A stretch of 64,000 nt of DNA. Origin: an uncultured Planctomycetaceae bacterium (GTDB lineage Bacteria > Planctomycetota > Planctomycetia > Planctomycetales > Planctomycetaceae). The translations under genes were made by a program, and so were the position numbers. The stretch covers positions 288,001 through 352,000 of the forward strand of contig CAWFGE010000022.1 of NCBI GenBank assembly GCA_963815195.1, in the 5' to 3' direction. Each line of letters starts with the position of its first letter. The first letter of the stretch is position 1. The notes beneath the pieces are model-generated. The model did no database searches, was not told where the DNA came from, and saw only the letters and a list, made by a program, of their open reading frames with translations. This document shows positions 59,803 to 64,000 of this stretch, piece by piece.

Positions 59803-60072
59803 ATGTCCATCACCCAAGAACGCAAGCACGAGTTGATCGAAGAGTACCGGCAGAAAGACGGGGACACCGGGTCCTCGGAAGTGCAGATCGCGGTGCTCTC
59901 GGAGAGGATCAACAACCTCACCGAGCACCTCAAAGTCCACAGCAAAGACCACGCCAGCACGCGGGGCCTGTTGATGCTCGTCAGCCGGCGGCGGCGGTTG
60001 CTGAATTACCTCAACCGCACCACCCCGGAGCGCTACCGGGACATCATCCAGAAATTGAACATCCGCCGGTAG
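59803..60072 (+). CDS. rpsO: 30S ribosomal protein S15
   Basis: [50 protein letters not shown]. Confidence 0.98.
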   Translation: MSITQERKHELIEEYRQKDGDTGSSEVQIAVLSERINNLTEHLKVHSKDHASTRGLLMLVSRRRRLLNYLNRTTPERYRDIIQKLNIRR

Positions 60073-60226
60073 GTTGTGTCGGATGGGATTTGATAACAGG
60101 AACGGGCTGGAATCTCTTCGGCATGGGAAGCGACCGCCGGGGAGAGTTTGTTGTTTGCGCCAAGCGAATGGGGCCGCAAGATGTTTTTGTCAAGTCAGAA
60201 TGTATCAAAGAGAGTAGGAACTAACG

Positions 60227-62369
60227 GTGAAAGTCAATGTCGAGAAGGAAATTGGGGGCCGGAAATTTAGTTTGACAACGGGAGAATGGGCCAAACAAGC
60301 CAGCGGAGCCGTCGTCGTCCAATATGACGACACGGTGCTGTTCGTGGCGGCCCAAAGCGGACCGGCCCGGCCGGGAATTGATTTCTTTCCGCTCCAGGTG
60401 GATTACCGGGAGCGGCTCGCGGCGGCGGGGAAATTTGCGGGGGGCTTCCTGAAACGGGAAGGCCGGCCCACCACCAAGGAGATTCTCACCGCCCGCCTCA
60501 CCGACCGCCCGTTGAGGCCCTTGTTTCCCAAGGCCTATAAAGACGAGCTTCAAATCCAGGCGAACGTCCTCGCCGTGGACGGCCAGAACGATCCGGACGT
60601 GCTGACGATGACCGGAGCGAGTGCCGCGCTGATGATCGCCCCCGTGCCGTTTCAAGGCCCGATTGCGGGCGTGCGGGTCGGGTTGATCGACGGCGAGCTG
60701 GTGTTGATGCCCACCATCGAGCAGGCTCAAGAACAGCGAGCTCGATTTGGTCGTCGCCGGCAGCCGGGATTCGGTGCTGATGATCGAGGGCTTCGGGAAG
60801 CAAATCCCCGAACCGCAGATGGTCGAGGCGATCATGTTCGGCCACAAAGCGATCGTCGCGCTCTGCCAGTTGCAGCTGGAGTTCCGCGAAAAAGTCGCCC
60901 CCGCGCCCTACCAGTTCGAAGCCCCGCCGGAAAACCCGTTTTTGGAAATGCTCCGCCGGGACGCCTACTCCCGGCTTCGCCAGGCGAAACAGAACGACAA
61001 GAAGCAGGACCGCCACCAGGCGGCCGACGATTTGCGGGCCGAGTTCATCGGACGCCTGTTTCCCGAAGGCGCCGAAACGAACGCCCAGGGCCAGACCCTC
61101 GCGGACTTGAAGGAAGCCTTCTATCAGGTCGAGCACCAAGTCATCCGGGATTTGATTATCGAAGGCAAACGGCTCGACGGCCGAACCCCGCAGGATTTGC
61201 GGGATGTGACCTGCGAAGCGAGCATCCTCCCGCGCGTGCACGGTTCGGCGGTGTTCACCCGCGGGGAAACGCAATCGCTCGCCACCGTCACCCTGGGCAC
61301 CGCCCGCGATCAGCAGCGGATCGACGGGCTGTTTGACGAAGTCTCCGAGCGGTTCATGCTGCACTATTACTTCCCCTCGTTCTCGGTGGGCGAAGTCCGG
61401 CCGATCCGCGGTCCGGGCCGGCGGGAAATCGGGCACGGCATGCTCGCCCAGCGCTCGGTCGAGCCCGTGCTGCCTTCCGACAAGAAATTCCCCTACACCA
61501 TGCGGGTGATTTCGGACATTCTCGAATCCAACGGCTCAAGCTCGATGGCCAGCGTCTGTAGCGCCACTTTGTCGCTGATGGATGCGGGCGTCCCCATCTC
61601 CCAGCCGGTCGCGGGGATTTCCATCGGGATCGTGAAAGAGTCCGACGACAAATACATCCTCCTCACCGACATCATGGGGGATGAGGACCATCACGGCGAC
61701 ATGGATTTCAAAGTCGCCGGCACGCAAAAAGGCATCACCGGCATCCAACTCGATCTGAAGATCGACGGCATCAGCGAAAAGATCGTCCGCGAAACGCTGA
61801 CCCAGGCCCGCGACGCCCGGATTGCCCTCTTAAAGCGAATGCTCACCAGCATCCGCCGGCCGCGGGCGGAAATCTCCCCCTTCGCGCCCCGGCTTCAGCA
61901 GATCAAGATCGATCCCGAAAAGATCGGCCTGATCATCGGTCCCGGCGGCAAAACCATTCGGGCTCTCCAGGAATCCTCCGGGGCGAACATCGACATCGAC
62001 GACGACGGCACCGTGACCATCTCCGGCGCGAACGCCGAGTCCGTCAAAGCCGCCGTCGCGACCATCGAAGCCATGACCGAGGAAATCAAAGTCGGCCGGG
62101 TTTACATGGGCACGGTCAGCTCGGTCAAGGATTTCGGGGCCTTCATCGAAATCGCCCCCGGCAAAGACGGGCTCTGCCACATCAGCGAACTCTCCGAAGG
62201 CTTCGTGAAGTCCGTAACCGACATCTGTAAGCCCGGCGACAAACTGGAAGTCAAAGTCATCGCCGTGGACGAGCAAAACCGCGTGAAGCTCTCCCGCAAA
62301 GCCGTGCTCGCCGAGCAAGGCGGCGGCGATGGCGAGGAGGACGCGGACTTCGACGACGAGGAGGATTGA
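60227..62369 (+). CDS. pnp: Polyribonucleotide nucleotidyltransferase (apparent frameshift near 60725)
   Basis: DFFPLQVDYRE, ARLTDRPLRPLFP, HGSAVFTRGETQ, RREIGHG, ESNGSSSMA, GDMDFKVAG, KH and S1 domains; removing one G restores EQLKNSELDLVVAG. Confidence 0.97.
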
Positions 62370-62430
62370 TTCGCGGAGTTATTGAATCGTCGAATCCCCA
62401 CTCTGAGAACGGATCGTCGGAGGAGGTGTC

Positions 62431-62973
62431 GTGAAACCACACACGCTATCCAACCAAAGGTTTTCCTTGGCCCTCCGATGGCAGATTCTTGTTGCCGTGG
62501 GCTTGCTATTTACCTTCGCGGGATGTTGGACGACGCGGAAAGACGTTTCTCAACAAAAGACCTATAAAGATCTCGTCGGGACCACTTGGCGGTTGAAACA
62601 AGGGCTATACATCGTCGAATATGTTGATGGAAGCGGCAAGCCCGGACAATTGGCCACCGCTTCGCACGCGACGCAAGGTAAGGAGACCGTGGTTGATGAG
62701 GATAATGTCGGCAAAACGTTTCTCGATACGATTATCAAGGGGGTTCTTCCGAACGGCACGGAAATCCGTGTCCTGAGCGTCATCGAAATAGACTCGTTCG
62801 AAGGTTATGATTCGTTCGATATCATGGTGCGTCCCACGGGCGAACTGGGTGACAAATGGCTCAAATTGGAAGGGGGCGATATCGAGGAGACAGGCTGGAT
62901 TAATGCCGTTGAGACAGGGAAGAAGGAATTTCAGGTGAAGATGAACACCGAACTTGTCGAGCAAGACAAGTAA
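62431..62973 (+). CDS. Hypothetical lipoprotein, lower GC
   Basis: GGAGGAGGT RBS + GTG, lipobox FAGC. Confidence 0.7.
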   Translation: MKPHTLSNQRFSLALRWQILVAVGLLFTFAGCWTTRKDVSQQKTYKDLVGTTWRLKQGLYIVEYVDGSGKPGQLATASHATQGKETVVDEDNVGKTFLDTIIKGVLPNGTEIRVLSVIEIDSFEGYDSFDIMVRPTGELGDKWLKLEGGDIEETGWINAVETGKKEFQVKMNTELVEQDK

Positions 62974-63016
62974 ATTCAGTAGTTCCAAAAGGCTCGGAAA
63001 AGGAATGAGTTCCCCA

Positions 63017-63088
63017 AGAGCCGCGCACGAAGTAAGCGGTTTTTCTAGGTTTACAGATCGCAATACCGCTTACTTCGTGCGCGGCTCT
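63017..63088. repeat. REP-like family A inverted doublet with 24-nt spacer
   Basis: AGAGCCGCGCACGAAGTAAGCGGT-spacer-ACCGCTTACTTCGTGCGCGGCTCT. Confidence 0.92.
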
Positions 63089-63164
63089 GGCGTTTTTTGG
63101 AACGACTGAAATTGGCAATTATGGCTCCGAATCTCTGACGCGGTGAATGTTGGGTCGCGGATTG

Positions 63165-63911
63165 ATGGCTGATGATGCTCCGCTCGGCAATGAGGAACGG
63201 CAGCGGCTCAAAGCTCAGACCGCTGAAATCGCCGCCCTCGCCGGCGGCTTGGCCCATGAGATCAAAAACCCGCTCTCGACCATCAGCCTGAACCTGGAAC
63301 TGATGGCGGAAGAGTTGGACCACTCTCCCGAAAACTCCCCCCGCGACCGGAGATTTCTGCAGAAGATCAACACACTCCAGCGGGAATGCCGGCAGCTCAA
63401 TCAGATTCTCGAAGCCTTCTTGCAGTTCGCCCGCCCCGGCGAATTGAAATTGGCCCAGCGGGACTTGAACCAGTTGGTGCGGGATTTTATCACATTCTAT
63501 CAGCCGCAGGCCGACGACCACGGCATCGAGATCAGCCCGCATCTGGCCACGGACTTGCCGATGGTGGAATTCGACGAGTCCCTGATGCGGCAGGTGCTCT
63601 TGAATCTGGCTCTGAACGCGCAGCAGGCGATGCCCGAGGGCGGCCTGTTGGAACTCCAAACCTACGCCGGCCCGAAGGGGGTTTGCCTGGAGTTGATCGA
63701 CAACGGCTCTGGCATGGACGAGCGGACCCGCTCCCGGATGTTCCAGGCGTTTTTTTCGACCCGCACGACGGGCAGCGGCCTGGGACTTCCCACGGTGAAA
63801 AAAATCGTCGAAGCCCACCGCGGCACGATCACCTGCGAAAGCGAAGTCGGCCGCGGCACCCGCTTTACAATCACGCTGCCCCCCGCCGCCGAGCAAACCG
63901 GCATTGAATAA
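63165..63911 (+). CDS. Histidine kinase with no sensor domain (HisKA + HATPase only)
   Basis: GGLAHEIKNPL, QVLLNLALNAQQAM, DNGSGM, FFSTR..GSGLGL. Confidence 0.92.
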   Translation: MADDAPLGNEERQRLKAQTAEIAALAGGLAHEIKNPLSTISLNLELMAEELDHSPENSPRDRRFLQKINTLQRECRQLNQILEAFLQFARPGELKLAQRDLNQLVRDFITFYQPQADDHGIEISPHLATDLPMVEFDESLMRQVLLNLALNAQQAMPEGGLLELQTYAGPKGVCLELIDNGSGMDERTRSRMFQAFFSTRTTGSGLGLPTVKKIVEAHRGTITCESEVGRGTRFTITLPPAAEQTGIE

Positions 63912-63947
63912 TAATTAACGCAAACAAAGTCGTTCCAATAAACGCCG

Positions 63948-64000
63948 GAGCCGCGCGCGAAGTCAGCGGTATTGCGATCTGTAAATCTAGAAAAACCGCT
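63948..64000. repeat. REP-like family A doublet, inverted copy of 63017-63088, truncated by window end
   Basis: GAGCCGCGCGCGAAGTCAGCGGTATTGCGATCTGTAAATCTAGAAAAACCGCT. Confidence 0.9.

Noticed and set aside
60227..62369. pnp, oxoprolinase, MCP and cheW as pseudogenes or programmed frameshifts
   Set aside because: Single indels without other decay or slippery heptamers; sequencing error is more parsimonious, though unverified.

Overview
GC-rich bacterial DNA, very probably from a planctomycete (DUF1559, DUF1549/DUF1553-DUF1501 and cytochrome-c/WD40 genes). About 45 genes. Housekeeping: hflKC, msrP, argS, truB, fused 5-oxoprolinase, ilvN-ilvC, fbaA, rpsO-pnp. The main accessory block is a ~13 kb minus-strand region (24.6-37.9 kb). 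It holds a Pil-Chp/TFP-class chemosensory cluster (TPR-acidic-PilG-like regulator, unknown gene, PilH-like, CheW, an MCP with no ligand-binding domain, double-Hpt CheA-REC, double CheW, unknown gene, CBS-histidine kinase; no CheR/CheB). Upstream of it sit an M16 metallopeptidase and a 51-aa small ORF absent from the ORF track. Intergenic DNA carries at least nine families of short palindromic or periodic repeats, including a DUF559 endonuclease gene between perfect 39-bp inverted repeats. Nine genes, including pnp, are split by single-base frameshifts, most likely sequencing or assembly errors. No tRNA, rRNA, CRISPR array or transposase was seen. All family calls come from motif recognition by eye, not database searches.
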